The position numbers and the translations under genes are program-made. This document shows, piece by piece, positions 11,962 to 24,254 of a stretch of 64,000 bases of DNA. This DNA comes from Chiloscyllium plagiosum (Eukaryota): contig NC_057757.1 in NCBI RefSeq assembly GCF_004010195.1, positions 6,712,985-6,776,984 of the forward strand, read 5' to 3'. Positions within the stretch are counted from its first letter, which is position 1. Each line of letters opens with the position of its first letter. The notes under the pieces were generated by a model, which had not been told where the DNA came from, did not search any database, and worked only from the letters and a program-made list of their open reading frames with translations.

Positions 11962-13479
11962 CTGAGGATGAGAACCATCGAGATATTACAATATTAATTA
12001 TAAATGTTTGCCCCCTTCCCCCCCCCCCCCCACCAACTTTCCACCCACCTCATCTCACTGTCCTGCTCATTTAATCATGCACCTTCAAGGCTCAGCAATG
12101 AGAATGAAAGAAGAAGACTGCTGTACGAAGTCATCATCCTCACAACAGGGCGAAAATCACCTAAACTGTCCCATAGAGTCCAGGGATGTGCGGGCTGGGT
12201 GGATTAGCCATAGGGAAATGCTGGGTTACAGGGATAGGGTAGGGAGGTTGGTCTGGGTGGGGCGCTCTTCAGAGGGTCAGTGTTGACTCGATGGGCCGAA
12301 TGATCTGCTACCACACTGTAGGGATTCTATTTAAACAGGCTTTGTTGCCCTGGTAACTTTTGAAAATCATTCAGTTGAATAATTTTTGCATTTTCAATAA
12401 GATGTCTAACAGCATTACTTTCTCAACAAACCCAAAGCCCATTCAACCGGAAACCCCCTGCCACCCCCCCCCCCCCTTTCAATAGCTTCTCTGTAATTGA
12501 ATGAATGATTGCACCACTGAGTGCAATCAAACCAGGAATATTTTAAGGCCTGCCTGTTAATTTATTACAACTTTTTGCAGAAAAAGAGTTCTGTTTCACG
12601 GATCTTCTTGTGCCCAGTTTCCCAAAGTTTTGACACGCTGCCCTGACATTTGAATCCTTACCACTTGTCTCCATAGAATGTCTTTTTTTAACTCCAAACA
12701 AGACAAGTCCACCTTCCTGAACTATTTCCTAAGAGACATGAAGAAAAGCCCTGGATTGAGTACCCTGTCCAAACCTTCTGAGTTGTGGAAAATGTACAAT
12801 CCTACCATACCTTGAGAGAGTTTTTTTTTAAAAACAAGCTAAACTCAGTGAGGAAAAGGTAAGTAAACTTTCTTCTGAGCAAAAGTCCACATGCAGTCAG
12901 TCACATTGCAAAATATCACATTATGCCCTGTCACGTGTATTAAGGATCTCATAAATTAACTCAAATTAAGTAGCATCAAGACAGAACGATACAAGCTTTC
13001 AAATGGGAGAACAGAAACCTGTAACCATCTCCTGATTTCTTCTGTCCCTTGAGATCTAGCCTCTCTTGGAGCAGGGGAGATGTGATTTGCAAGAAGCTCC
13101 CCGTTTGAGAAACTTTCCTTGGCATGACGAGCTGCAATTAACCTCAGCAGTTCCTCATTTGGAGCATTTCCCCCTCAGGCACTGCCTCAGCTGAATGGAA
13201 AATTAGTCTCAGTACCTCAACCTTCTAGATAGCACTCCAACACTGAACCGCTTCCCATGTGGTCCCGCCACTGCCTTTGTCTGACTTCCTCCTTTCTTAA
13301 AGTGCTGTTGCTTTGATCTTTCATTCCCCAAAAGTGCTAAAACAATGCAACAGATTCTTAAACAGCAACTACTGTTCCTAGAATTCGAGGAAATCAGCTC
13401 CAACACTGATAACACCTCAAAAAAGGAGCAGTTCTTACTGCCACAACTTTTTCCTGTCCTCCATCTTGGATTGCCCAGA

Positions 13480-14210
13480 ATTATACATTTAGCAGTAAGA
13501 TCCTGTGGAGTGTTGCTGAACAAAGAGACCTTGGAGTGCAAGCTCATAGCTCCTTGAAAGTGGAGTCGCAGGTAGATAGGATAGTGAAGAAGGTGTTCAG
13601 TATGCTTTCCTTTATTGGTCAGTGCACTGAGTATAGGCGTTGGGAGCAACGTTGCAGCTATATGGGACATTGGTTAGGCCACTTTTGGAACACTGTGCGC
13701 AATTCTTGTCTCCCTTCTACAGGAAAGATATTGTGAAACTTGAAAGGGTTCAGAAAACATTTGCAAGGATGTTGCCAGGGTTGGAGGGTTTCAGCTCTAG
13801 AGAGAAACTGAATAGGCTGGGGCTGTTTTCCCTGCAGTGTCAGAGGCTGAGGGGTGACCTTATAGAGGTTTATAAAATCATCAGGGGCATGGATAGGGTG
13901 AATAGACAAGGTCTTTTACCCCAGGCTAGGGGAGTCCAAAGCGAGAGAGGGGAGAATTAAAAGGGTCCTAAAGGGGCAAGGTTTTCACACAGAGGATGGT
14001 GTGAGTCTGGAACACTGCCAGAGGAAGTGTTGAAGGCTGGTACAATTACAACATTTAAAGGGTATCTGGATGAGTTTATGAATAAGAAGGGTTTAGAGGG
14101 ATATGGGCCAAATGCCGGCAAAGGGGACTAGATTTATCTTGGATATCTGGTCGGCATGGACGAATTGGACCAAAGGGTCTGTTTCACCTGTTGTACATCT
14201 CTATAACTTT
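13480..14210 (+). mobile_element. CR1/HER1-type LINE 3' fragment
   Basis: LQLYGTLVRPLLEHCAQF...LRGDLIEVYKII. Confidence 0.9.
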
Positions 14211-14950
14211 ACTCAAGACCCCCACCCCAAAGCTACTGCATCGCAAGGTGATTATTTTTTAATTAGCTAGTATCATGCAAGTTGTTCTGTTCATGAACGG
14301 TTTCAAATTAAGTATACCTGTGTGCAAGTAAGCCAGCATGCTGATTAGCAGTTATCTACAACTTCTAGGATACTAACTAATCTGTGCCATAGGCATCAAC
14401 TTCCAATCCCAGACGTGGCCTCTGTGGAGACGAGCTTGAAAGGTTTACTTCACTTATGGGAGGAAGCAAAGCTGGTTAAGCATAATCTCCCCCCACAACT
14501 TCATTAGCCTCAAAGGCTTTGTCAACAATACCCAGACCATGCAAAATGACATAAGAACGAAAGAACGTCGCAGGTTTGATCACCAACCTGCAGTAAGTTA
14601 AGGAATCCTGGCAGAGTCAGCTGCATTAGGCCTGTGGAAATAAGAGGGTGAAAATGCGATCGAACGCCTGCTTATGATCATTATCCAGCGAACTTGCTGG
14701 TTAGTGCTTACACATGGATTGTCAGTGAGACAGAATCGGGACTAGCTACTCTCAGCATGAAACAGTGTGCTGAAACTCACTGTCGAGGTTCACAAATCTG
14801 TACTGGGCATTTCGGGGTGCAGTAGGGGATGGTGCCTGACACTCCAGGAATCACGGCCTAGGAAATCTGTGAAGTTTCTCCACGAGGTTGCACTTCAGAA
14901 TCACATCGACTGAAAGTTTCAAAACTGAAATGAGTGTCTTTTCGGTCAGG

Positions 14951-15170
14951 GTTAAAAATCACACAACACCAGGTTATAGTCCAACAGGTTTAATTGGAAG
15001 CACACTAGCTTTTGGAGCGTCGCTCTTTCATTAGGTGACTACCACCTGATGAAGGAGCGACGCTCCGAAAGCTAGTGTGCTTCCAATTAAACCTGTTGGA
15101 CTATAACCTGGTGTTGTGTGATTTTTAACTTTGTACACCCCAGTCCAACACTGGCATCTCCAAATCATGA
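14951..15170. mobile_element. Palindromic Penelope-end insertion with intact-looking hammerhead core
   Basis: CTGATGA-A-GGAGC-gac-GCTCC-GAAA at 15046-15070; perfect 13-bp TSD cttttcggtcagg (14938-14950, 15171-15183). Confidence 0.85.
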
Positions 15171-15274
15171 CTTTTCGGTCAGGCAAAGGGTTGAAGAGCA
15201 AAACTGAAATTGCTGGCGAAGCTCAGCAGGTCTGGCAGCATCCATGGAGAGAGATCAGAGTTAACGTTTCGGGT

Positions 15275-15951
15275 TTAAAGTGATTGGAACGAGGTTGGCC
15301 AGGCAAATCTCACTGAGTATGAGGTGCCTGATTGGGGCTGTTAACCCAAGCCCATCAGGGAACCCTGGCTGACAGACATAAACAGGGGTCAAATTGGCCA
15401 TAAATAGATCCAGGCAGCGGGCCATGAAGGGGGTTGTTAGGGCCGACTGCCTGCCCCTCTTCTGCAGTTATGTTAGAGCCCGGTGTCTCTGGAGAAGGAG
15501 CACGCGGTGTCCACCAACACTCTTGAGCTGTTCAGGGAGAGGTGGGCACCGCAGGGAGTGGAGTGCGTTATTTCCCCCTCCAACTCTATTTTGATTTAAT
15601 CCCTGCCCTCCCCTTCACTGTTTGATCACACAGCATTGCCCTTTGATGTGAAGGGCACTGCTTGTCACTGGCCACTTGGGTGTTTCTTTTCTTCCAGGTA
15701 GTGGAAATTGAATGAAGATTTGTACACCTTGTGTCTTTTACTGTGGCTCACACCCGCACGACATGGGTGCTGGGGAAACAAAAGCAGTACCACAGTTAGA
15801 TGGTATTGTGGGGATAAGAAGGATAAACAGGAGTCACAGGAATTCTCCTCACTCAAGGGACTGGCTCTGAGCTCAGAGTCCATGTACAGCGCACACACAT
15901 AAATAAAGGGTGAGTTGGTGACAGGATACCGGCCTCCCTGGAGTTATTTTA
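15275..15951 (+). mobile_element. Solo-LTR-like repeat (family A), copy 2, split by a Tx1 insertion
   Basis: 5' half at 15275-15391 and 3' half at 15823-15951 match the 9116 copy. Confidence 0.7.
15392..15822 (+). mobile_element. 5'-truncated Tx1/L1-clade retrotransposon 3' end (second subfamily)
   Basis: KLAINRSRQRA...DCLPLF, then frameshift to LEKEHAVSTNTLELFRERWAP; 14-bp TSD ataaacagg(g/a)gtca. Confidence 0.75.
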
Positions 15952-16249
15952 GGGACCAGTGAGCTTTCCACTGAACTCTTACTCAGAATTTCTTTCCACC
16001 TGCATACCTTTTCCAGCTATTTCTGTTTAGTTTCTGATTTCCAACGTCCACTTCCTTTCAGTTTTTATTTGGGAGATTTGGGTAAGAGTTAACCAAGTCG
16101 AACAAAGATTTGAGATTGAGTTCATTCACAATCTAAGTGAATAGCACAAGTAACTTGACGGGCTCAGTGGCTAACTCACGTTCCCAGAAGTTGATGATTT
16201 CAACAAACTGTAAACTCAGTTGGGTTTTTCAGGGAAGGACTGTGCAGCT

Positions 16250-16595
16250 TTTTCACTCACAGGCTGTTAACGTCTCTGGTTAGATCAGCATTTATTGCCT
16301 AGAGGCTGGTTAAGAGTCAACCACATTGCTGTGGGTATGGAGTCACATGTTGTTCAAACCAAATAAGAATGGCAGATTTCCTTCCCTCAAGGACATTAGT
16401 GAACCAGATGGGTTTTTTTCTGACAATCAACAGTGTTTTCATGGTCATCATTAGACTCTTAAACCCAGATTTTTTTAAAAAATAATTCAAATTCTTCCAT
16501 CTGCCATGGTGAGATTTCAACCTGGGTCCCCAGAATATTTCCCGAGTCTCTGGATTAATAGTCTAGCGATAATACCACTAGGCCATCACCTCCCC
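16250..16595 (-). mobile_element. tRNA-derived SINE family B
   Basis: Homologous to 17430-17790, 22655-23100, 25455-26050 and 51340-51690. Confidence 0.75.
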
Positions 16596-16845
16596 TTGCT
16601 TGGCACTTACACAAGCATGTGACGTATATGCACGACTCAGATAAGAAATTAATTGCTCGAGCATCTAAACTACATCCAACTCTGAACACAGAATGCAGTC
16701 TGATCACAAACAACACTGCCAAACTGGCCCTAACCAAACATTTACATATGCACAGCTATAAACACTCTTCACCCCGAACAACACCCCAGAATGCCAGCAG
16801 CCCGCATATTTACATTCCTCAGTGTGAAAAAGACACCAGACTTAC

Positions 16846-16959
16846 CTAATGCAGATTCTTCATCATCATCAATGAACTTAGTATAGTCCTGAACGATCTT
16901 CTTTGGCTGGCCTTTACGTTTATGCCTTCGTCCTTCCCTGCTGACTTCACTTGTCTCAT
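16846..16959 (-). CDS. Coding exon 8 (ETSEVSREGRRHKRKGQPKKIVQDYTKFIDDDEESAL)
   Basis: Acceptor tactttgttatcag, consensus donor TTAG|gtaagt, 114 nt, phase 1 to 1. Confidence 0.8.
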   Translation of the reverse strand: MRQVKSAGKDEGINVKASQRRSFRTILSSLMMMKNLH

Positions 16960-17429
16960 CTGATAACAAAGTAATTATTTTTTCAAAATTACTGCCCAGA
17001 AATCACTCTGATGCATATGATGACAGTTAATTATCCACTTGTTCACACATTTTAATCTACCATATTCAGTACAAGCACCTTTCTGAAAATTAACTTGGTA
17101 CAAGGGTGAAAGTTTACCATGATAATATATTTGTCGTTGTCTTTTTTATGGGTGATTTAAGTTTCATGACATGCGTTAATATTTTGTGTACTTGGTTCAG
17201 AATGGAAATACTTAATGTCCTTTAGGGCAGAAATCTGGTCTCCTTGTCTGGTCTGAGTTATACATGACTCAATATACCCCTATGGGTTACAGGCCTAGTG
17301 GTCTGCAGTGATCTAAGAGTGTGGTGCTGGAAAAAGTGAGAACAGCAATGGCTCAGTTCCTGGGTGGCCTTGAACCACCAACCTTTTGGTTAACAGCCAA
17401 ATGCACAACAGAGAGACTGCAGTCCTCAC

Positions 17430-17790
17430 TTTCAGTCTGCAATGGTCTAGTGGCATTATCGTGAGACTATTAATCCAGAACTCAGCTAATGTTCCAGAAA
17501 ACGGGGTTCAAATCTTGCCAGGGCAGATGGTGGCACTTGAATTCAATAAAGAATCTGGAATTAAGAGTCTACTGCTGATCATGAATCCACTGTCGATTGT
17601 TGGAAAAACCGATCTGGTTCACTAATGTACTTCAGGGAAGGAAGCTGCCATCCTAACCCGGTCTGGCATACATTTGACTCCAGACCCACAGCAATGTGGT
17701 TGACTCTTAACTGTCCTGTGGGCAATTAGGGATGGGCAATACATGTTGGGCCTAGCCAGAGATGCCCACATCACATGAGTCAATCAAAAA
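17430..17790 (+). mobile_element. tRNA-derived SINE family B
   Basis: A-box/B-box head (ggttcaaatc); tail ggcaattagggatgggcaata shared with the LINE fragments at 20.7, 45.0 and 58.5 kb. Confidence 0.75.
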
Positions 17791-18304
17791 ACACCTGACG
17801 TTATGCTGTCACATGGTTGCGGCTGAGCAAACCTCACAGTTGTATCAGATCATTAGAAGAAGGGCTAATGCCCGAAACGTCGATTCTCCTGTTCCCTAGA
17901 TGCTGCCTGACCTGCTGCGCTTTTCCAGCAACACATTTCCATCTCAGATCATTACAAAGAGCATGCAGTGATTCAAGGAGGTTCTCCACATCACCTTCTC
18001 AGGGGATGGATAATAAAAGTTGGTCTTGCCAATGATGCCACCATCCTGAGAACACGTTTTTAGTTTAATATAGTGATGATGTGCAGCTTTTCATTGCAAT
18101 GCATTACTCATTATATAAACATACTGATATATACAATAAGTATTTTTCTGATTTCTCAAGTCTCAGTGCCTCAATCTATTAGTAGTATGGTGGACAGTGA
18201 ATGCTTACTATCTGTGTATTGGCTGTGTTAAACAGCTTCCCTTCCCTTCACATGATACCCACAGCCAATGTACCAAGTCAGTTGTGGTTCATTGGTTGCG
18301 CTAG

Positions 18305-18655
18305 GGCAGCCCAGTGGGTCAGTGGTTAGCACTGCTGCTTCACAGCACTGGGGACCCTGCTTCAATTTCATCCTCAGGCGACTGTCTGTGTAGAGTTTGC
18401 ACGTTCTCCCCGTGTCTGCGTGGGTTTCCTCCGGGTCTCCGGTTTCCTCCCACAGTCCAAAGATGTGCAGTTTAGGGTCAATTGGCCATGCTAGATTGCC
18501 CATAATGTCCAGGGGTGTGGAGGCATGGTGGGTTAGCCATGGGAAATTAATAGTTACAGGGACAGGACCGGGGTATGTGTCTGGGTGGATGCCCTTTGAA
18601 GGTCTGATGTGGACTCGATGGGCTGAATGGCCTGCCTCCACACTGTAGGGATTCT
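18305..18655 (+). mobile_element. HE1-type SINE
   Basis: tRNA head, core and cactgtagggattct tail. Confidence 0.85.
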
Positions 18656-18859
18656 GTGGCATTATGTCTCTCAAGTATGACCACATTATCTTGGTTACTA
18701 GATCCCCATTGATGTATTATTTGGATGGAATATTAAAATGAAGCCAAAAGCTTCTGACCTCTCAGATGGAGGATAAAAGATCCTATAATGGTATTTGAAG
18801 AATGTCAAGATGTTTTCCCCCAGTCAATGCTTCAACCAACATCAATAAAAGCAGGTCAT

Positions 18860-19696
18860 TTGGTTATTACCACATTGCTTTCAATTTGGTCTATTGCATT
18901 CGTTGCTCCCAATGTGGTCTCCTCTATATCGGAGAGACAAAACGCCGGCTGGGTGATCGCTTTGCTGAGCACCTTCGGTCTGTATGCAATCAGATCCCGG
19001 ATCTTCCCGTGGCTTGCCACTTCAACACACAATCCTGCTCCCATGCCCACATGTCTGTCCTGGGCCTGCTGCAATGTTCCAGTGAAGCTCAACGCAGACT
19101 GGAGGAACAGCATCTCATCTTCCGATTAGGCACGTTAGAGCCTGCCGGTCTCAACATTGAATTCAACCACTTCAGATGATTATCCCATCTCGACCCCTCT
19201 GTTTTCATTCTGCTTCGTAATTTTATTGCATTTATTTTATTTATCTTTTTAATATTTTTTTTCACTGTTCTGTACCTCTTATTTCTTGATTGTCTCTCTT
19301 ACTCTCGCTCCCCACTCTCATCACCTTTTTCCTTTCCTCTTCCCCCATTGCTACCCTTCTCTCCTGTTTTCCATTTTGCCTCTGCTTCACCCATCCCCCA
19401 ATCCCCCACTATTTTGTCACATAGCACTGGCTTCAGCCTTGGTCATTCACAGGTCCTAATCTCCCTATAATCTCTCTATACACTGTCATTATCACCTCTT
19501 TATTGCTACCTTTGCTTCTCTCAGCCTCGTATAAATACCTTCCTATTTCTCCCCTTTTTTTAGCTTTGACAAAGTGTCAGTTAGACTCGAAACTTCAGTT
19601 CTTTTCTCTCCTTACAGATGCTGCCAGACCTGCTGAGATTTTCCAGCATTTTTTATTTTGGTTTCAGATTCCAGCATCCGTAGTAATTTGCTTTTA
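18860..19696 (+). mobile_element. Penelope-like element 3' portion: GIY-YIG endonuclease domain plus 3' UTR/pLTR
   Basis: NLVYCIRCSQCGLLYIGETKRRLGDRFAEH...HFN...LEEQHLIFRLGTLEPAGLNIEF, stop at 19179, then a pyrimidine-rich UTR and the pLTR end shared with the short inserts. Confidence 0.9.
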
Positions 19697-20039
19697 TGCT
19701 AACATCCTTGTCAATCTTTTCTGAACCCTTTCAAGTTTCACAACATCCTTCCGATAGGAAGGAGACCAGAATTGCACACAATATTCCAAAAGTGGCATAA
19801 ACAACATCGTGTAAAGCCGCAACATGACCTCCCAACTCCTGTACTCAATACTCTGACCAATAAAGGAAAGCATACGAGACACCTTTTTCACTATCCTATC
19901 TACCTGCAACTCTACTGTCCCTATGGAGCAAAATCCAGATAACATTTGTGCGAAGGTGATAAATGGCAAAAAAAATTTACACAAACGCAAGGCAATGACT
20001 ACCTCTAACAAGACAGAATGTAACCATCCTCCCTTGACA

Positions 20040-20790
20040 TTCAATGTAGTACTGTGACTACAACTGCAGGTCAGAGGCTAGGAGTAGTGCACCAAGTAAC
20101 TCACCTCCTAACTCCCCACTTGCCTGGGTGACAGCAACTCCAGCCAGTGCTCAAGAAGCTTGACATCATCTAGGACAAAGCAGGCCACTTGAGTGGCACG
20201 ACAATCCCTCACCTCAAACATTCACTCTCCACCCCACACCAACAACAGCAGTGTGTACCATCTACAAAATTACGTAACAAATCACCAAGTCTTCGGCAGT
20301 ACCTTTGAGAGAAAGTGAGGGCTGCAGGTGCTGGAGATCGGAGCTGAAAATGTGTTGCTGGAAAAGCGCAGCAGGTCAGGCAGCATCCAAGGAACAGGAG
20401 AATCGACGTTTCGGGCATGAAGGGCTTATGCCCGAAACGTCGATTCTCCTGTTCCTTGGATGCTGCCTGACCTGCTGCGCTTCGGCAGTCCCTTCCAAAC
20501 CTGCGATCACTGTCAACTGGTAGGGCAAGAGCATCAGATATGTGGGAACACCACCATCTGCAAGTCTGCCTCCAAGCCTGACTTGGAAATATATCGCTGT
20601 TCCCTCACAGTCGCTGGGTTCAAAATCCCAGAACTCCTGCCCTAACATTGCTGTGGGTGTCCCTGCACAGTATGGACTGTAGCAGCTCAAGAAGGCAGCT
20701 TACCATTTAAAGGGCAATTAGGTACGGCCATTAAATGTTGGACCAGCCAGCGAAGCCTGCATATCCCATGAAGGGAATAAAAAGAATCCG
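20040..20790 (+). mobile_element. Old CR1/L2-group LINE 3' fragment (likely partner of SINE B), with nested palindromic Penelope end at 20306-20479
   Basis: Degenerate LKKLDIIQDKA...HSLHH ORF2 end; nested insert flanked by TSD cttcggcagt.cctt. Confidence 0.7.
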
Positions 20791-21079
20791 TAATATAATT
20801 AGATTTAGCATTCTGGAGGTGATACAGAGGACAGATTTGTCACACTGATCGAAATAATTAGATTGGGTCCCCATGAATTATCCACTGTTTGCCTTGGCTC
20901 AGTTATTAGGACAGTTGTCTTTGTAAAAAATGGCTGAGGGTCAGAGCGCTAATATCAGAAAACTAAGTTCTTTATCAAGGATTTATTAAGCACAATAAAT
21001 GTCAATGTTTTCAACCTGCAGCACTTTTAAGCCAGTTAGGAATTCTACTTGTGCGTGAAACAGGAACACTGGTATAAGT

Positions 21080-21830
21080 CACAGAATCGTAGAGATGTAC
21101 AGCACCGAAACAGACCCTTTGGTCCAACTCGTTCCCACCGACCAGATATCCTAAACTGATCTAGTCCCATTTGCCAGTATTTGGCCCATATCCCTCTAAA
21201 CCCTTCTTATCCATGTACCCATCCAGATGCCTTTTAAATGCTGTAATTGTACCAGCCTCCAGCACATCCTCTGGCAGCTCATTCCTTACCCGCACCACCC
21301 TCTGTGTGAAAAAGTTGCCCCTTAGGTCCCTTTTAAATCTTTCCCCTTCTCACCCTAAACCAATGTCCTTTTGTTTTGGTCTGTCCGACCCTGTGAAAAG
21401 GATCTTGTCTATTTACCCTATCCATGTCCCTCATGACTTTATAAACTTCCATAAGGTCATCCCCTCAGCCTACGACGCTCCAGGGAAAACAGCCCCAGCC
21501 TGTTCAGCCTCTCCCTATAGCTCAAGTCCTCTGACCCTGACAACATCCTTTTAAATCTTTTCAGAATCCTTTCAAGTTTAACAACACCTTTCCTGTAACA
21601 GGGAGCGCAGAATTGCATGCAATATTCCAAAAGTGGCCTGACCAATGTCCTGTACAGCTGCAACATGACCTCCCAACTCCTGTACTTAATGCACTGACCA
21701 GGAAAAGCAAGTGTTCCAAATGCCTTCTTCACTACACTGTCTACCTGGGACTCCACCTTCAAGGAACTGTGAACCTGCATCCCAAGGTCTCATTGTATGG
21801 CAACACTCCCCAGGACCCTACCCTGATTTG
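21080..21830 (-). mobile_element. CR1/HER1-type LINE 3' fragment
   Basis: ORF 21457..21780 is CR1 ORF2 C-terminus. Confidence 0.9.
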
Positions 21831-22096
21831 CCTTACCAAAATGCAAATTTCAAATCCTGTTCGCAAGAAACAAAACATTTGGCCAAAAATGTAAATACTG
21901 GTAAAAAGGAAAGGACTGGACTTTGCTTTGCTATGCTACCTGAAACAGTGTGAGTCATTGCTTGGAAAAATGGAGCAAACCTGTCTTTTCTCAGTACTAT
22001 TTCTGTCTTCTTGTCCATTGACTGCACCCTGCACCCCACCCCACCCCAAAATGTAGATGCTGATCTCAGGGGATAAGGCCAGCCCAGCAGAGGTGG

Positions 22097-22320
22097 TAAA
22101 ATAAGTGCACAGAGGCTGGTATCCCGTCACCAAGTAACCCTTTATTTGCATGTGCACTGTCAATGGGTTCTGATCAGCCACTCCCTAGACTGAGGAGACC
22201 TTCGAACACACTCCTGTTTATAACTGTCAGTCAGGGCTCCCTGATTGGCACAGGTTAACATTCCCAATCAGGGAAGGTACAGTCAATAAGATCCACCTGG
22301 CCCTGGTTCCAATCACTACA
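22097..22320 (-). mobile_element. Solo-LTR-like repeat (family A), copy 3
   Basis: TGTAGTGATTGG start, CCAAT, TATAAA, AATAAA; flanks ccatc/ccacc. Confidence 0.7.
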
Positions 22321-23523
22321 GATGGCAAGCATCAGCTTCTGAAATGATGTTACTGCCTTCCAACTCTCTCACTGTCACTTCCCAGAAAACTTATAGATGG
22401 CAATGCTCAGCATTAAGTGCAGGCGACTAGGTTACTAAATCCATGCTTCCTCAAATCATTCTTAGAATACAGGCACAGATGGTGTATGTCCAGCATTTGT
22501 TGTCCATCTCTAGATACCCCTTGGGAAGGCAGCAACAGGTTTTTAAGCTTGAACATATACAGTTCTTGCGGTGGATTGTTTAGGCAATTCGTAGAGGTGT
22601 TTTAGGATTTTGATGCAAATATACAATGAGAAGAAAGGGAGCCACACAGTTCCTTTTATTCTTTCATGGGGTATGGATGCCTCTGGTAAGGCCAGAGTTT
22701 GTTGCACTGCCCTAAATGCCCTTGCAGTGAGCAGGTTGCTTAGCCAACTCCATTGCTGTGGGTCTGGAGTCACGTGTAGATCACATCTGATAAGAAGTAT
22801 TCCCTAAAGGGCGCTGCTGAACCGGGTGGGTTTTACAATAAGCAACGTAGTTGCCATGGTCGTGACCATTGAGACAAGAATATAAATTGCTCGAAAAGCT
22901 CAGCAGGTTTGGAGAGAAATCAGAGTTAACGTTTTGGGTCGAGCAACCCTTCCTCAGAGCCTCATGATTATTGAGGCTAGCTTTTAATTCCAGATTTATT
23001 AACTGAATTTAAATTTCACCAGTTACCATGCTGCTGTTGAACCCACAGTAGTCTGTGCCTCTGGGCCACTACCATTACCATTTAACCACTAACCACTGCC
23101 TTTGCTCAATTAGTGCAGGCAGAAATAGTCATGAAACAATAGAACAGTAGATTTGATAAATAGGGGTATAGAGTAAAAGAATTAAGAGATTATGATTTTT
23201 TGGCATGAAATCCTCAGGATGAAGCTGGAAAAGTGGATAATGATTTGCAGTAAAGGATGATACAGGGAGCACAGTGCAATGGCATGAATTTTGGATCCCA
23301 GCAAAGGGTTACAAACTTTTAAAGTTTTCACTTATGACTTTCCAAAAACCACATCATCTGGAGAATCATATGCTCAAACACATACCTAATGACTTAACAA
23401 AAATGCCAACATAACAAAACATTGACTTGTACATTCATAACATCGCTCATAATGCTCTCTGTGCTGTAACCTGTCTCTATCAACTACTTGCTTAATCAAT
23501 ACAGGTTTTCACTCATTGCTTAC

Positions 23524-23666
23524 TTGTATCGATTAGAAGTTTGCTTTTCCGAGAGAGTTTGTGAGCTTTATTCTCCTTTGATTTGGCCTTTGTTTTCCTT
23601 ACTCCCGGTGCCTCTGAGTGCTCACTGCTTTTGGTTACTGAAGGCTCCGACGGCACAATGTTCTCA
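23524..23666 (-). CDS. Coding exon 7 (SENIVPSEPSVTK...KSKLLIDT)
   Basis: Acceptor ttctacacacacacag, donor ACAA|gtaagc, 143 nt, phase 2 to 1, matching exons 6 and 8. Confidence 0.75.
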
Positions 23667-23883
23667 CTGTGTGTGTGTAGAAACATTGACTTGAGCGCAG
23701 ATGAAAACAAGGATATCAAGACCAACATTTTAGCAAGATAAAAGAGTTTGCCATTAATCCGGAATTCTTGCGGAGAGGTAATTTATCACACAAATAATTA
23801 ATCCTTCAAATACTGTTACAAGTAGAGTGATGGAAGCAACATTGAATGAATCAATCAAGAGATTTGATTCTGGGTCTCTGTAC

Positions 23884-23950
23884 CTGACAAGGAGTGGTTC
23901 ACTGTTCTCTTGTAAGCTTTTCACTTTGCGTATTAGCTTCTTGCTGCTTG
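23884..23950 (-). CDS. Coding exon 6 (SSKKLIRKVKSLQENSEPLLV)
   Basis: Acceptor tttatttcattccataacag, donor TCAG|gtacag, 67 nt, phase 1 to 2; the other two frames are closed. Confidence 0.75.
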
Positions 23951-24254
23951 CTGTTATGGAATGAAATAAAAGTAAAAATAAATTAAGCAAAACAACAAAA
24001 AATATTATTATTCCAAGATATTCCAAAATAGGAACAAACATGGAAATTCAAATGAAAAGCAACTGCACTTCGATTTAATTTCATTTGATTTTCACCATAA
24101 CTGTTCCTTTAAGTATTTTCTTTAGCAAAGTTTTCCTTGTCATTTCTGCTAAAGTATTTGGCTACTTCCTCGCGTATGATAGCCGGGTGTTCTTCCAGCC
24201 CACCAAATCCTTCTGAAGAATGCAGAAGTGTTGTAGACAAAGACAGAGGCAGAC

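Noticed and set aside
11541..12074. 177-aa plus-strand ORF
   Set aside because: Antisense shadow of exon 9 running into a poly-C tract.
13019..13190. Exon-like segment on the minus strand with a good acceptor
   Set aside because: Stops in all three frames from the acceptor, 172 nt breaks the frame, and the donor (gtttct) is weak.
18802..19179. Stand-alone GIY-YIG nuclease gene
   Set aside because: 5'-truncated Penelope remnant followed by the family UTR; the N-terminal residues come from an unrelated flanking repeat.
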